The notes under the pieces: generated by a model | The model's database searches: none | What the model was told of the DNA's origin: nothing | Seen by the model: the letters and a program-made list of their open reading frames with translations, nothing else | DNA from: Thermoplasmata archaeon | GTDB taxonomy: Archaea > Thermoplasmatota > Thermoplasmata > Thermoplasmatales > ARK-15 | DNA: 59,105 nt | Direction: 5' to 3' | Assembly: GCA_049965455.1 (NCBI GenBank) | Contig: JBMFWH010000004.1 | Span: forward strand, 1 to 59,105 | Translations under genes and position numbers: made by a program | Part shown: one piece after another, positions 10,069 through 26,060 of the stretch | Layout of the letters: every line of letters starts with the position of its first letter | Numbering within the stretch: the first letter of the stretch is position 1

Positions 10069-11648
10069 GCTTTAAAATACATACGATATTAACGAGAGAA
10101 GAGGCATATTTAGGAATAAAAAATGTATATAACGGAGACAGATCAAGCAACAGAATAAATGCAAGATTGAAAAATGTAGTGCTTTACAACAACATCAATT
10201 TTGCAGTACTATACCTTATTTTATCTGCCTCTTTTTCTTACTATCTTTATTTATCGCACACGTTCGCAACGTTAAATGGAGTTTATTTCGTAATATATCT
10301 ATTCGTGTTTATAGTGTCCCTGTTTTATTCGACGCTTTTTCTAAGCAATATAATAGATCTCAATCTGATAGAACCTTTGAAATCCATGCCAGTTACTAAG
10401 CGCACAATTCTGTATTCAATCACGATTTCATGGCTATTATATAGCGGGTTATCTGTACTTTTTATAGCTGTTCCGGTCACGATTGTTACATTTGTAATAT
10501 ATCATTCATTATTTACCATTATCATAGAACTTGCTTGGATCTTTATAGTCTTGGCATTCGGGTATTCTGTCGGGATTTTCCTCTCATTTTTTATATCTTC
10601 CAAATCTTATAGGTCCAAGTCCAGAAGATCCGCAGTAAAACAGGCTTTAAAAGCGTTTATCGTAATTTTCATACTCTTGTTCTGGCAGTTGATCTTTTAC
10701 CTGTCCAGATACATGTTTGGATTTTTCAATGTTTTTTCAGCCAAATATTCTGGATACTGGTTTTTGTTTCCATTTTCCGCATCTTATTCTGTTGCAAATA
10801 CGTTTAATGCACCATTTCTATCTATTTTTACTACGATCGCATATGTGATACTGTTTTCAATAGTTCTTGTATACTCCGGCAACAGGCTAAATAAATTCAT
10901 TTTTGAAGGATTTTACGTCAAAGAAAGCTCGAAAAACACAAAGATAAGGCATTCTGTTATTTCTTACAAAGCGCCATGGCTCGGCTATCTAATACGTACC
11001 TCCCACTTTTTGGGGAGGAAACCTCAGGCACTTATTTCCTTTATAATTCCCTTCGCATTATTTATACCATTAATAATGAACATAATAGGGCAGACTAACA
11101 TCTCTTTCACATATCTTCTGGGGTTCTCTCTGATAATAGTAATAATGCTCTCCATAGCCTCGCTTTCAACCATGGTGATGGAAGGCAAGTCATACTGGGT
11201 GCTAAACATGCTGCCAGTTTCAAAAAATCAGCTTGCCAAGATTAAATCGACATCTGAATTTATAATATTTGCGATAATTTTTTCAATAATATTAATTTTA
11301 ATGGCGTATATACTGAACCTATTCAATTTTTTAATGTTGCTTCTGTGGCTGATTATATTGATCGCGGCATTTGACTCACTTTATTTTACAAACATTTACC
11401 TGTTTTCAAAATTGACGCCTGACACCGATACGGTCACTGCAATATCTTTTGGTGGGAATGTGGCTGGAATTTTGATGGTATTTCTGGCCGGGATATTGAT
11501 TTACGTTCCTTTCGGGACAGTGTACGCGATCAAAATCATATATACGCTATCTGTATCCCAATTTTTTGGATCTGCACTTTGCGCTTATATTATAGTGCTA
11601 GTAATATTGAACTTATCTGAAAAAGTAAAAAAACCAAAAATATTTTAA
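10065..11648 (+). CDS. ABC transporter permease (12 or more TM segments)
   Basis: Highly hydrophobic, two-repeat permease layout; coupled to the ATPase. Confidence 0.8.
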   Translation: MSFKIHTILTREEAYLGIKNVYNGDRSSNRINARLKNVVLYNNINFAVLYLILSASFSYYLYLSHTFATLNGVYFVIYLFVFIVSLFYSTLFLSNIIDLNLIEPLKSMPVTKRTILYSITISWLLYSGLSVLFIAVPVTIVTFVIYHSLFTIIIELAWIFIVLAFGYSVGIFLSFFISSKSYRSKSRRSAVKQALKAFIVIFILLFWQLIFYLSRYMFGFFNVFSAKYSGYWFLFPFSASYSVANTFNAPFLSIFTTIAYVILFSIVLVYSGNRLNKFIFEGFYVKESSKNTKIRHSVISYKAPWLGYLIRTSHFLGRKPQALISFIIPFALFIPLIMNIIGQTNISFTYLLGFSLIIVIMLSIASLSTMVMEGKSYWVLNMLPVSKNQLAKIKSTSEFIIFAIIFSIILILMAYILNLFNFLMLLLWLIILIAAFDSLYFTNIYLFSKLTPDTDTVTAISFGGNVAGILMVFLAGILIYVPFGTVYAIKIIYTLSVSQFFGSALCAYIIVLVILNLSEKVKKPKIF

Positions 11649-11650
11649 AA

Positions 11651-13921
11651 TCATATTTTTTTCTGCACAAACTCACTTTTTTTAGAGTCCATGTATTTCT
11701 CTATTAATTCTGATAGGTCCTCTTCTTCACCACTGTAAAGTACCTGAGAAACCTTGCTCTTATCTCGATAAATAGTGATTCCTTTGCAATGTAACCTGTA
11801 AGCGAGCAAAAATGCATTCTCTACCTCATCCAGGCCTGCCTCATTTTTCAAGTTTATGGTTTTAGAAACTGCATTGTCTACATGGCCCTGGAACACAGAC
11901 TGCATTAGGATGTGCCAGGTATAATCGATGTCATGTGCGGTCACGAACAGTCTTTTTATATCATCCGGAAAATCGAAATTTTGCAATGAATCAGATCCCG
12001 CAATGTCCTTGATCAAGTTTTCAGAATACCTGTTGTTTTTCTTCAAGAACTCTTCGAACTGGGGATTGATCTCTAGCAGTTCGGCACCTTCCAACACATG
12101 CCTTACAAACACCAGCCCGTATAACGGCTCGATGCCAGATGAGGTTCCGGCTATTATCGATATTGAGCCGGTAGGAGCTATGGTGGTTGTGGCTGCATTA
12201 CGCATTGGCACGCCACGGTCATGCCATACCGAGTTGCCCCAGGCTGTGAAAGTGCCTTTTCTCTGGCACAAATCTTCACTGGCTTTATGGCTCTCTCGCT
12301 CCAAAAACGTCGCAATTTTATCAGCCAGGTCAATTGCCTCTTTAGAATTGTATGGAATCTTCAACTTTAAGAATAGTTCTGCCAGCCCCATGACACCAAG
12401 CCCTATCTTCCGAGTCTGTTTTGTCATATACTCTATCTGAGGCAATGGATATTTGTTTGCGTCAATCACGTTATCCAGAAAATTCACTGCTGTCCTGATT
12501 ACCTTCTTCAGCTTTTCCCAGTTAATGGCACCGTCTTCTACAAACTTTGTCAGGTTTATAGACCCGAGATTACAAGACTCGTATGGTAGCAGAGGCTGCT
12601 CTCCGCATGGATTAGTCGCCTCGATCTCACCGAGATAGGGAGTAGGATTCTTTTTATTGATCTCGTCAATAAATATTATTCCCGGATCTCCAGTCTTCCA
12701 GGCCTGAGAAACTATCAGGTTCCATAACTGCGAGGCTGAGACAGTGGCAGTTACTTCCTGTGTCCTGGGGTTTACAAGATCAAAACTACTGTTATCTTTC
12801 AGTGCGTCCATAAACGCATCAGTAATTGCAACACTGAGATTGAAATTCTGTAACTTTCCATCAAATCCTTTTGCAGTAATAAATGATATAATGTCTGGAT
12901 GATCTATTCTCAATATTCCCATGTTTGCGCCTCTTCTCTTCCCACCCTGTTTTATTATTGTTGTTGATTTATCAAATATCTCTATGAATGAAACAGGTCC
13001 TGAAGCCACCCCTTTCGTTGACCCTACCAGATCTCCTTCAGGTCTGAGCCTAGAAAACGAGAACCCGGTACCACCACCACTCTTGTGTATAATTGCAGCA
13101 TATTTTACAGCATCATATATAGAGTCTATCGAGTCGTATATCGGGACCACAAAGCAAGCAGATAACTGGCTTATAGATGTATTTGAGTTCATCAAAGTCG
13201 GCGAGTTTGGCAGGAACTGCAAATTGACCATGATCTCATAGTATTTTTTGATATAATCTTCAATTACCTCACTCTTTTCATCCAGAATTTTAAGCATATC
13301 TTCAAAATTCACTTTCATAGCATGCTCTTTATTGAGTGCGTCAAATGCCCTCAAAAGCATCTCTCTCTCAAATCTTGACAGATGCATTTTTTTATTTTCG
13401 TACATATAAGCTGTGTCACGATCTTTCTGTTTTTTATTAATGTCGTATACCTGCTCATCATAGAGAACCTCTACAAGACCCACATATCTGGCAACTCTAT
13501 AGAACATCTCTCTTGGGGTTTCTATGACCCTCCCAAAATCATCTTTCAATAAATATCTGGCTTCAAGTACTTTTATGGCATTCACATTCAGTTTTAAATC
13601 ATCCTTTATACCATACATGTACTTGATCTCTCTGATCTCCTTTCTTTTCTGTCTGTATAAAATGTAAGCTTTTGCAGTTTTTACCAGGTTTGATTCCATC
13701 AGAGTCTCTTCTACCAGATCTTGGATGTTCTCTACAGAAGGTACCGAGTTCTGAAATTGCTGAAACAGCTTTTTTTCAACAGTTTCTCCTAGCTTTTCAC
13801 TTTCCTTCTCCGGCATATCTGTTTCATCTGTGCTCTTTAAAGCTTTCAATATTGCATCCACTATTTTTTGACGGCTGTACAAAACATAGTCTCCACTTCT
13901 CTTTCTAACCAGGCTGATCAT
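11651..13921 (-). CDS. nrdJ: Class II (adenosylcobalamin-dependent) ribonucleotide reductase with ATP cone
   Basis: N-terminal ATP cone, PNSPTL, LSACFV, TNPCGEQPL, TIAPTG, CKGITIYRD. Confidence 0.93.
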   Translation of the reverse strand: MISLVRKRSGDYVLYSRQKIVDAILKALKSTDETDMPEKESEKLGETVEKKLFQQFQNSVPSVENIQDLVEETLMESNLVKTAKAYILYRQKRKEIREIKYMYGIKDDLKLNVNAIKVLEARYLLKDDFGRVIETPREMFYRVARYVGLVEVLYDEQVYDINKKQKDRDTAYMYENKKMHLSRFEREMLLRAFDALNKEHAMKVNFEDMLKILDEKSEVIEDYIKKYYEIMVNLQFLPNSPTLMNSNTSISQLSACFVVPIYDSIDSIYDAVKYAAIIHKSGGGTGFSFSRLRPEGDLVGSTKGVASGPVSFIEIFDKSTTIIKQGGKRRGANMGILRIDHPDIISFITAKGFDGKLQNFNLSVAITDAFMDALKDNSSFDLVNPRTQEVTATVSASQLWNLIVSQAWKTGDPGIIFIDEINKKNPTPYLGEIEATNPCGEQPLLPYESCNLGSINLTKFVEDGAINWEKLKKVIRTAVNFLDNVIDANKYPLPQIEYMTKQTRKIGLGVMGLAELFLKLKIPYNSKEAIDLADKIATFLERESHKASEDLCQRKGTFTAWGNSVWHDRGVPMRNAATTTIAPTGSISIIAGTSSGIEPLYGLVFVRHVLEGAELLEINPQFEEFLKKNNRYSENLIKDIAGSDSLQNFDFPDDIKRLFVTAHDIDYTWHILMQSVFQGHVDNAVSKTINLKNEAGLDEVENAFLLAYRLHCKGITIYRDKSKVSQVLYSGEEEDLSELIEKYMDSKKSEFVQKKI

Positions 13922-14106
13922 ACAAAAAATAGATATACAAAGATAAACATATAATTTTCTGTTATTTTTATAAAAGAATAGAAAATATTACAAAAATTGT
14001 GAATACTCATTAGGTTCATGAATTAAAGCGAACCACTTTTTTAATAAATAATCTGGCAACTTCCAGCAAGCGAAAGTTTTTTTAATGAATAACCATTAAT
14101 GAAACT

Positions 14107-14423
14107 GGGTATCAGACTTGGCCGGGAGGCTAGGCGTCTCCTGTACTTGAAATCGTCTATACGCAAGGGCGACAGTCAGAGGCGATGTAGCCAGATTACC
14201 ATCAAGCCACCACATACTGTTGATGCCCTGTCCTATGAGATCGAAGGTATATAAGGCAGGATCTGTAGAGATCCCGCCTTATATTCTATCATGGAAACCC
14301 CGCCAGGCCCGGAAGGGAGCAGCGGTACCGTGAACTCTTGGTGCTTGTAGGGGTGCGGGGTTGAAGTATCTGGTGGGGCACTTGATGATAGTCTGAACAT
14401 TCACTTTGATGTGTCTGATACCC
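14107..14423 (+). ncRNA. ffs: Archaeal SRP (7S) RNA
   Basis: Terminal helix GGGTATCAGAC/GTCTGATACCC, Alu UGUA motif, helix 6 GTAG loop, helix 8 CCAGGCCCGGAAGGGAGCAG; followed by a T-run. Confidence 0.95.
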
Positions 14424-14526
14424 ACTTTTTAATTATCCTTTTATACATGTTTGAAAAGAGATCGTCAAGTAAAAAAGAAATTCGCCAATTTTAAATAACT
14501 ATATGCTATTACCCTCCCTGACTAAT

Positions 14527-15885
14527 ATGTACAACCAAAATGTAGAAGAACTGGAAAGAAAAGCGAATGAACCCGCAAAGAAAGCAAACTCTTGGCATTC
14601 TTTCTTTAAAGGGAAAATTGAAGTAATGCCAAAATGTTCAATTACTAATTACCAAGATTTCAGCGTTTGGTACACACCGGGGGTCGCCGAACCATGTAAA
14701 GAAATTGCTAAAGATCCGGATAAGGTATATGAATATACCAATAAATGGAACAATGTTGCGATAGTGTCAGATGGGTCTAGAGTGCTGGGGCTGGGGAATA
14801 TAGGGCCACTGGCTGGACTTCCAGTCATGGAAGGCAAAGCCTTACTCTTCAAATATCTCGGCGGTGTTGACGCGTTTCCTATAATGTTAAATACGCAGGA
14901 TACTGAAGAGATCATAAAAACAGTGAAGACTATTGCCCCAACATTTGGAGGCATAAATCTAGAAGATATGGCAACTCCAAAATGTTTTCATATACTAGAG
15001 AGACTCAGGGCTGAGCTGGACATACCCGTATGGCATGATGACCAGCAAGGAACAGCATCTGTAGTGTTGGCAGGCGTTATTAATGCACTTAAGCTGACAA
15101 ACCGGAAAATTAAAGATACAACGATAACAATAGTAGGAGCAGGCGCTGCAAACATAGCGCTTACAAGAATATTGATAAAGGTAGGCGCTAATCCAAAGAA
15201 TATAATTTTGGTGGACAGCAAAGGAATTTTAAATGTACATAGGAGAGACCTGGAAAATGAGGCTCGCGATAATCCTTACAAATGGGAATATGCGCAGATC
15301 ACAAATGGAGAGAACAGATCTGGAGATATGGCAGAAGCGATGATAGGTGTTGATGTTATGATTGCAGCATCTAAGTCTGGGCCAAACGTTATTAAGAAAG
15401 AATGGATCTCTAAAATGAACAAGGATGCTATCGTTTTTGCAGTGGCGAATCCAGTGCCTGAGATATGGCCCTGGGAAGCAAAAGAGGCAGGCGCAAAAAT
15501 TATAGGCACTGGCAGGTCTGACTTTCCAAATCAGCTTAACAATTCTATTGGTTTTCCGGGAATTTTCAGAGGAACGCTTGATGTCAGGGCAAAAACGATC
15601 ACTGACGAGATGGCAATAGCCGCAAGCATGGCTATAGCATCGGTTGCGGAAGAAGAGGGGCTCAGAGAGGATTATATAGTTCCAACAATGGAAAATTCAT
15701 ATGTGTTTGCAAGAGAGGCAACAGCAGTGGCTGAAAAAGCGATAGAGCAGGGTGTGGCAAGAATAAAAAAGAGCCATGACGATCTGTTTAACGGTGCATC
15801 TATAAACATAGACAGCGCAAAAATGAAGATTAAGTGCATGCTAGACAGCAACTGCATCCGAAAAGTTGAAAACTTTATAAAATAA
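14527..15885 (+). CDS. NAD(P)-dependent malic enzyme
   Basis: YTPGVA, VMEGKA, INLED, HDDQQGT, GAGAA, ANPVPE; second ATG taken as the start. Confidence 0.93.
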   Translation: MYNQNVEELERKANEPAKKANSWHSFFKGKIEVMPKCSITNYQDFSVWYTPGVAEPCKEIAKDPDKVYEYTNKWNNVAIVSDGSRVLGLGNIGPLAGLPVMEGKALLFKYLGGVDAFPIMLNTQDTEEIIKTVKTIAPTFGGINLEDMATPKCFHILERLRAELDIPVWHDDQQGTASVVLAGVINALKLTNRKIKDTTITIVGAGAANIALTRILIKVGANPKNIILVDSKGILNVHRRDLENEARDNPYKWEYAQITNGENRSGDMAEAMIGVDVMIAASKSGPNVIKKEWISKMNKDAIVFAVANPVPEIWPWEAKEAGAKIIGTGRSDFPNQLNNSIGFPGIFRGTLDVRAKTITDEMAIAASMAIASVAEEEGLREDYIVPTMENSYVFAREATAVAEKAIEQGVARIKKSHDDLFNGASINIDSAKMKIKCMLDSNCIRKVENFIK

Positions 15886-15920
15886 CCAACATTTTTATAC
15901 TTTTTATTTTTATTCTATTT

Positions 15921-16907
15921 TTGATGGATCCTAATGATATAAGATTGAGATTATTACAGAGAAAATTAAAAGATGATGTTGCAGTTATAGACTCTGAGGC
16001 TCCGGAGCTATTGAAATTTCTGGGCACGAAAAGCTTAAGCTATCTTCTTGTAACAGGCACTGAAATCAAGATAATAGCGCACAAGGTATTTGAAGAAGAG
16101 CTTGAAAATTTGAGACTGGATCACGACATCATCATTACTAAAGATCCAGAGCTGGAGCTGAAGAAACATATAAAAGGCAGGATCTATGCAACAAAGCATA
16201 TTTTTAAAGAGGCATTCGATATTAAGGATATATTCAGCGACATACTAAAAAAACCAATGGAAGAAGATCTGGAAATGTTCAAAGAACTGACCAGAAAAAT
16301 TGATATGGCTCTTAGCAAGGCCGTAGAATCGATAAGAATAGGATTGCGAGAATATGAGGTAAAGGCAGAAATTGATTTTAACTTAGAAAAGTTAGGAATT
16401 GATCATTATCTTTATCCTACGGTAGTATTGTTCGGGAAAAGGACAGCATATCCTATGGGTCTTGCATCTGAAAAGAAGCTTGAGGAAAACGAGATAATTT
16501 TAATAGATACTGCTCCGGTGTACAGGGGCTATTCTGGTTCTATTGGGAGAATGATATTCACAGAATTTGATAGTTTTTGGGCAGAAAAACTGAATTTTCT
16601 GAACGAAGTGCTACAATCTGCTGCCACAATGCTTTTTCCTGGTTCTGAAATGCAGAATGTTGATGATTTTATAAGATCTAAATTAAAGATGAAAGGATTT
16701 GAATACGAACATTATACTGGTCATTCGCTTGGTGGTTTTTACAAGCCGATGATATACCCCGGTACACCGGATATATTAGAGAGAAACATGATATTTACTT
16801 TAGAACCAGGAATATACATACATAACAGGGGGGGAATAAGAGTCAAGAACCATATTTTAGTGAGAGATGCCGGTATCGAGATCCTTGACCGGTTTGGTAA
16901 GGAGTGA
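15921..16907 (+). CDS. M24 (Xaa-Pro peptidase)-fold protein with degenerate metal site
   Basis: GHSLG, TLEPGIY, GGIR motifs; second Asp and last Glu ligand positions substituted. Confidence 0.75.
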   Translation: MMDPNDIRLRLLQRKLKDDVAVIDSEAPELLKFLGTKSLSYLLVTGTEIKIIAHKVFEEELENLRLDHDIIITKDPELELKKHIKGRIYATKHIFKEAFDIKDIFSDILKKPMEEDLEMFKELTRKIDMALSKAVESIRIGLREYEVKAEIDFNLEKLGIDHYLYPTVVLFGKRTAYPMGLASEKKLEENEIILIDTAPVYRGYSGSIGRMIFTEFDSFWAEKLNFLNEVLQSAATMLFPGSEMQNVDDFIRSKLKMKGFEYEHYTGHSLGGFYKPMIYPGTPDILERNMIFTLEPGIYIHNRGGIRVKNHILVRDAGIEILDRFGKE

Positions 16908-17078
16908 CAAGCTTAATCTGTTTTTCACTTTTATAGCCGGGTACTTTAAAATGCGTGTTTTATGACCAAGCATGTGAAAATAAGAGTACTTTGTCAGTTG
17001 CAGTTTAAAGCCATAAAATACCATAAAATTTATATGATACTTATGTATGTATGAAAAAGCATTCAATTAAAAATAGCT

Positions 17079-17152
17079 GGGTCCGTAGCTCAGTACGGTA
17101 GAGCATCTGGCTTTTAACCAGGTGGCCGGGGGTTCAAATCCCCTCGGACCCG
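17079..17152 (+). tRNA. tRNA-Lys(UUU)
   Basis: Cloverleaf with GGGTCCG/CGGACCC acceptor, CTTTTAA anticodon loop and GGTTCAAATCC T-loop. Confidence 0.97.
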
Positions 17153-17179
17153 TAATAAGTTTAAAGGAGTAATAATAAT

Positions 17180-17434
17180 ATGAAAAAATTTAATGTCCTA
17201 GAACATGAATTAGTTCCCGAACATTATTTAGTTCCTCGAGAGGAGGAAGAAAAGATACTTCAAGAACTATCAGTTGATAAGAGTTTACTGCCGAAAATTT
17301 ATAGATCTGATCCAGCGGTAAAGATGCTTGAAAAAATTTATGGCCCGATAGAATCCGGGCGAATTGTAAAGATTATACGGAACAGCGCTGTGGCCGGAAA
17401 GACTATAGTCTATAGGACTGTAGTTGAACAGTAA
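17180..17434 (+). CDS. rpoH: RNA polymerase subunit H (Rpo5)
   Basis: HELVPEH, LPKI..SDP, IIRNS..AG....YR. Confidence 0.97.
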   Translation: MKKFNVLEHELVPEHYLVPREEEEKILQELSVDKSLLPKIYRSDPAVKMLEKIYGPIESGRIVKIIRNSAVAGKTIVYRTVVEQ

Positions 17435-17477
17435 CCAGCTATTTTTAAAAAATAAAATTAAAAAGGTGTATTAAAAT

Positions 17478-20400
17478 ATGAAAAATGTAATTGATGCGTT
17501 CTTTAGAGAGAGAAGTATAGTAAATCATCACATAGCATCGTATAATAACTTTATCCCATCTGCGGACAACGTTGAGAATGTTTTGCAGCACATAATAGAC
17601 AGCACTAAGATCTCCGATGAAGATATGCCTGGAGAGTTAACATTGGACCGGAGCAAGACCGGTGGCAAGATAATAAAAATAAGGTTTGGGAGAGACAAAG
17701 AGAATCCAAACCTGCCTACTGTAAAGTTCGTGATGTCTGCGGGCAGGGGAGGATCTGATTTTAACAGGATAAAGACACCCATGGAGGCAAGAATCAGGGA
17801 TTTTACATACAGTGGCGAGCTATTCATAACTTTTCAGGAAATTGACATTGATGATAAAACGAATGAAACAACGATCAAAGATGCCGAAGAAGTTAAGATC
17901 GGCGATATACCGATAATGATAAAGTCCAAGGTTTGCGTTTTAAATGAAAGAAACATCGATGATTACCTGCAGGACGAATATGTCAAAAAGCCGGCGGCAA
18001 TATCTAAAAACGACAGCTATGAGAAAAAGCTGCAGTTTCTGAAGGAAGATCCTGAAGATCCGGGCGGGTATTTTATAGTATCTGGAACTGAGCGGGTATT
18101 GGTTACTCTTGAGGATCTGGCGCCTAATCGAGTGCTGGTAGAAAAAGAGGACAAATACGATACCACGGTGGAAGTAGCCAAGATATTTTCGCAAGTGGAA
18201 GGATACAGATCCTTAATTACTGTTGAGAAGAAACTGGATGGTATGATATTAGTTTCTGTTCCTGTAATATCCGGCTCTTTATCATTAATAATACTGATGA
18301 AAGCGCTGGGTATGGAGAAGGACGAAGAGATCTATAATGCGATAGTGAGCAATGAAAAGATGGGCCCTATTATCCTGGCAAACATTGAAGATTGTGAGCG
18401 TGAAAAAGGGTACATTGATGAAGGGATAATGAGTACCGCTGATGCGATCAGCTATCTAGAAAAAAGGTTTGCGGCAGGGCAGGCTAAAGAGTACCGTGAA
18501 AAAAGGATCTCGCAGATTCTGGACAAATCCCTACTGCCACATCTGGGGGACAAACCATCAGACCGCCTTAAAAAAGCACTTTATCTAGGTAGGATGGCCA
18601 GAATGGCATTAGAGCTGCATTTTAATTTGAGGGCTGAGGATGATAAAGATAACCTATCCAACAAGCGATTAAAGCTTGCAGGAGATCTATTAGAAGAGTT
18701 GTTTAGAGATGCTTTTGAATCATTATTAAAGGATCTGAAATATCATCTAGAAAGAACTTACAATCGAAAGAAGGGAATGATCAAGCTTCGTGCTGCAGTG
18801 CGTCAAGATGTCCTTACGCAGAAAATATTACACGCGATGGCAACTGGAAACTGGGTTGGAGGTAGGACCGGAGTATCACAATTGTTAGATCGGACATCCT
18901 ATCTGAGCATGATCAGCCATCTGAGAAGAATCACGTCCCCTCTCACAAGGTCCCAGCCTCATTTTGAGGCCCGAGACTTACATCCTACGCAGTGGGGCCG
19001 GTTATGCCCCAATGAAACGCCTGAAGGTCAGAATTGCGGGCTTGTAAAAAATGCAGCCTTAATCATAGATATCTCTGAAGACACGCCTATAGAGCCCATA
19101 AAAAAGGAGTTGAATGATAAAGGCCTGAAAATGATAGCCCATGATACCGGGAAGCTTGCAAGAATATATTTAAACGGTGATCTGGTAGGTTTTTATGAAG
19201 ATCCTATAGAACTGTTGAACCATCTTAAAGAAAAGCGCAGGTATGGCAATCTGTCTCACAATATCAACATGAGATATGATAATATCACAAATGAGCTAAT
19301 GATCAATGCAGACAAGGGCCGCATTAGAAGGCCTCTGTTTATAGTAAAGGATGGATCGATACTTTACACGCATAAGCACCAGGAGATGCTTCAAAACGGC
19401 AAGAAAACCATTGCAGACCTATTGAAAGAGAGCGTGATAGAGTGGGTTGATGCCGATGAAGAAGATAACGCTTTTATTGCAGTATATCCATATAACGTGC
19501 CACCAAAATGCCCGAAATGCGGGCACATTTTAAGCAGAAACGATGCAATCTGGCAAAACCCAGGCAAAGACGAGAAAAATATAGAATTGATGTGCACTTA
19601 CTGCAAAGGCACTTTCAAAGTTGAAAAGCTGCTGAATAAGGAGCACACACATCTAGAGATAGATCCTATTCTGATACTGGGTGTGATAGCAGGCATGGTT
19701 CCTTATCCTGAGCATAACATGTCTTCAAGAATCACGCTGGGAGCGGCAATGACAAAACAGTCGCTGGGATTGCCGGCATCGAATTACAGGATGAGGCCGG
19801 ATACCAGAGAGCATCTGCTGCATTACCCACAGGTTCCGCTGTTAAAAACAAAGAGCATGGAATTTTCAAAATTCATAAAGCGCCCTTCAGGCCAGAATTT
19901 TGTGGTGGCGGTGGTATCCTACCAGGGTTATAACATTCAGGATGCGCTGGTAATGAACAGGGCCGCGGTTGAGAGGGGGCTTGGAAGAAGCACGTTTTTC
20001 AGGACTTATCAATCAGAAGAGCGCAGGTACCCGGGTGGACAGATGGATCGATTTGAGATCCCGAGCCCTGATGTAAAAGGAGTGAGGACAGAGGAAGCCT
20101 ACCGTTTCCTAGACACGGACGGCATTATATCCCCAGAGCGATTTGTTAGCGGGGGAGACGTGCTTATTGGCAAGACATCTCCACCCAGATTTTTGGAAGA
20201 ACAGACAGACATAATCTCTCCGCAAAAGAGGAGAGAATCATCAGTAACGATAAGGCCGGAAGAAAGCGGATATGTGGATGGAATAATACTGACAACATCC
20301 GAGAACGGGAACAAGCTTGTAAAAGTGAAGGTGAGAGATGAACGTATACCAGAGCTCGGTGATAAATTTGCATCACGGCATGGGCAGAAAGGAGTGCTTG

Positions 20401-21097
20401 GTGCCATAGTGCCTCAGGAAGACCTGCCATTTACTGAGGATGGGGTGATACCGGACCTGATAATAAATCCTCACGCAATACCATCCAGATTAACAATAGG
20501 ACATCTTTTAGAGATGATTGGTGGTAAGGTAGGAGCCATGGAAGGCAGGTTTATAGACGGCACGGTATTTTCTGGAGAGCCAGAAGAGGCTTTGAGAAAT
20601 GCATTAAAAGAAAACGGTTTTGATTATAATGGCAGAGAGATCATGTATGATGGTATAACCGGTAAGAAGCTTGAAGCAGAGATATTTACAGGGGTAATTT
20701 ACTATCAAAAACTGCACCATATGGTCGGTGGCAAATTCCACGCAAGGTCTCGCGGGCCGGTGCAGATCCTGACAAGGCAGCCTACAGAAGGAAGATCCAG
20801 GCAGGGAGGATTGAGGTTTGGAGAGATGGAACGTGATACTTTAATAGGGCATGGAGCGGCGATGGTTATCAAAGACCGGTTACTGGATCAATCAGACGGA
20901 ACACTGCTTTATGTATGTGGCAATCCCAACTGTGGTCATGTTGCAATATTTGACCGTAAGACAGGTTCTCTAAGGTGTCCTGTATGTGGCAACAAGACTA
21001 ACATATACATGATTGAAACAAGCTACGCATTTAAGTTGATGAGAGATGAAGTAATGTCACTTGGCGTGGTTATGAGAATGGTGTTGGGTGATTTAAA

Positions 21098-21101
<4 letters not shown>
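17478..21101 (+). CDS. rpoB: RNA polymerase subunit B (Rpo2), unsplit
   Basis: [33 protein letters not shown]. Confidence 0.98.
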
Positions 21102-25619
<4,518 letters not shown>

Positions 25620-25624
25620 ATTGT

Positions 25625-26050
25625 ATGGGATCTATCAAACTGGATGATCGTTCATTGAGAATGATGAATGTATTTTTCTCAAATACGAAAGTAGAGGTTA
25701 TGGATGTATTGGAAGAAGATAGCGTAATCGTGTTTGTGATCTTTCCTGGAAGTTTGCAAAAAGCGATTCAAAATAACGGTGCAAACATACAGAAGGTGAG
25801 GGAGATGCTTGGCAAGAACATATGGGTTCTAGAATACAGCATGGATCCAAAACGATTTATAAGCAACTTTTTTTATAGGTTCAGGGTCACAAACGTGGAG
25901 CTGGACGATGCAAATGGGAAATTCAGCATAGTAGTGCATGTGAACATGGCTGAAAAGGCGAGGGCCATAGGCAAGGATGGAAAAAACCTGAAACTTGCAA
26001 GAGAGCTGATGAACAGATATTTCCCAGTAGAGAGTATTCAGATTCAATGA
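25625..26050 (+). CDS. nusA: Archaeal NusA (KH domains)
   Basis: AIQNNGANI, AIGKDGKN; start taken as MGSIKL (25616 is an alternative). Confidence 0.9.
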   Translation: MGSIKLDDRSLRMMNVFFSNTKVEVMDVLEEDSVIVFVIFPGSLQKAIQNNGANIQKVREMLGKNIWVLEYSMDPKRFISNFFYRFRVTNVELDDANGKFSIVVHVNMAEKARAIGKDGKNLKLARELMNRYFPVESIQIQ

Positions 26051-26060
26051 AGGCGAGAGT

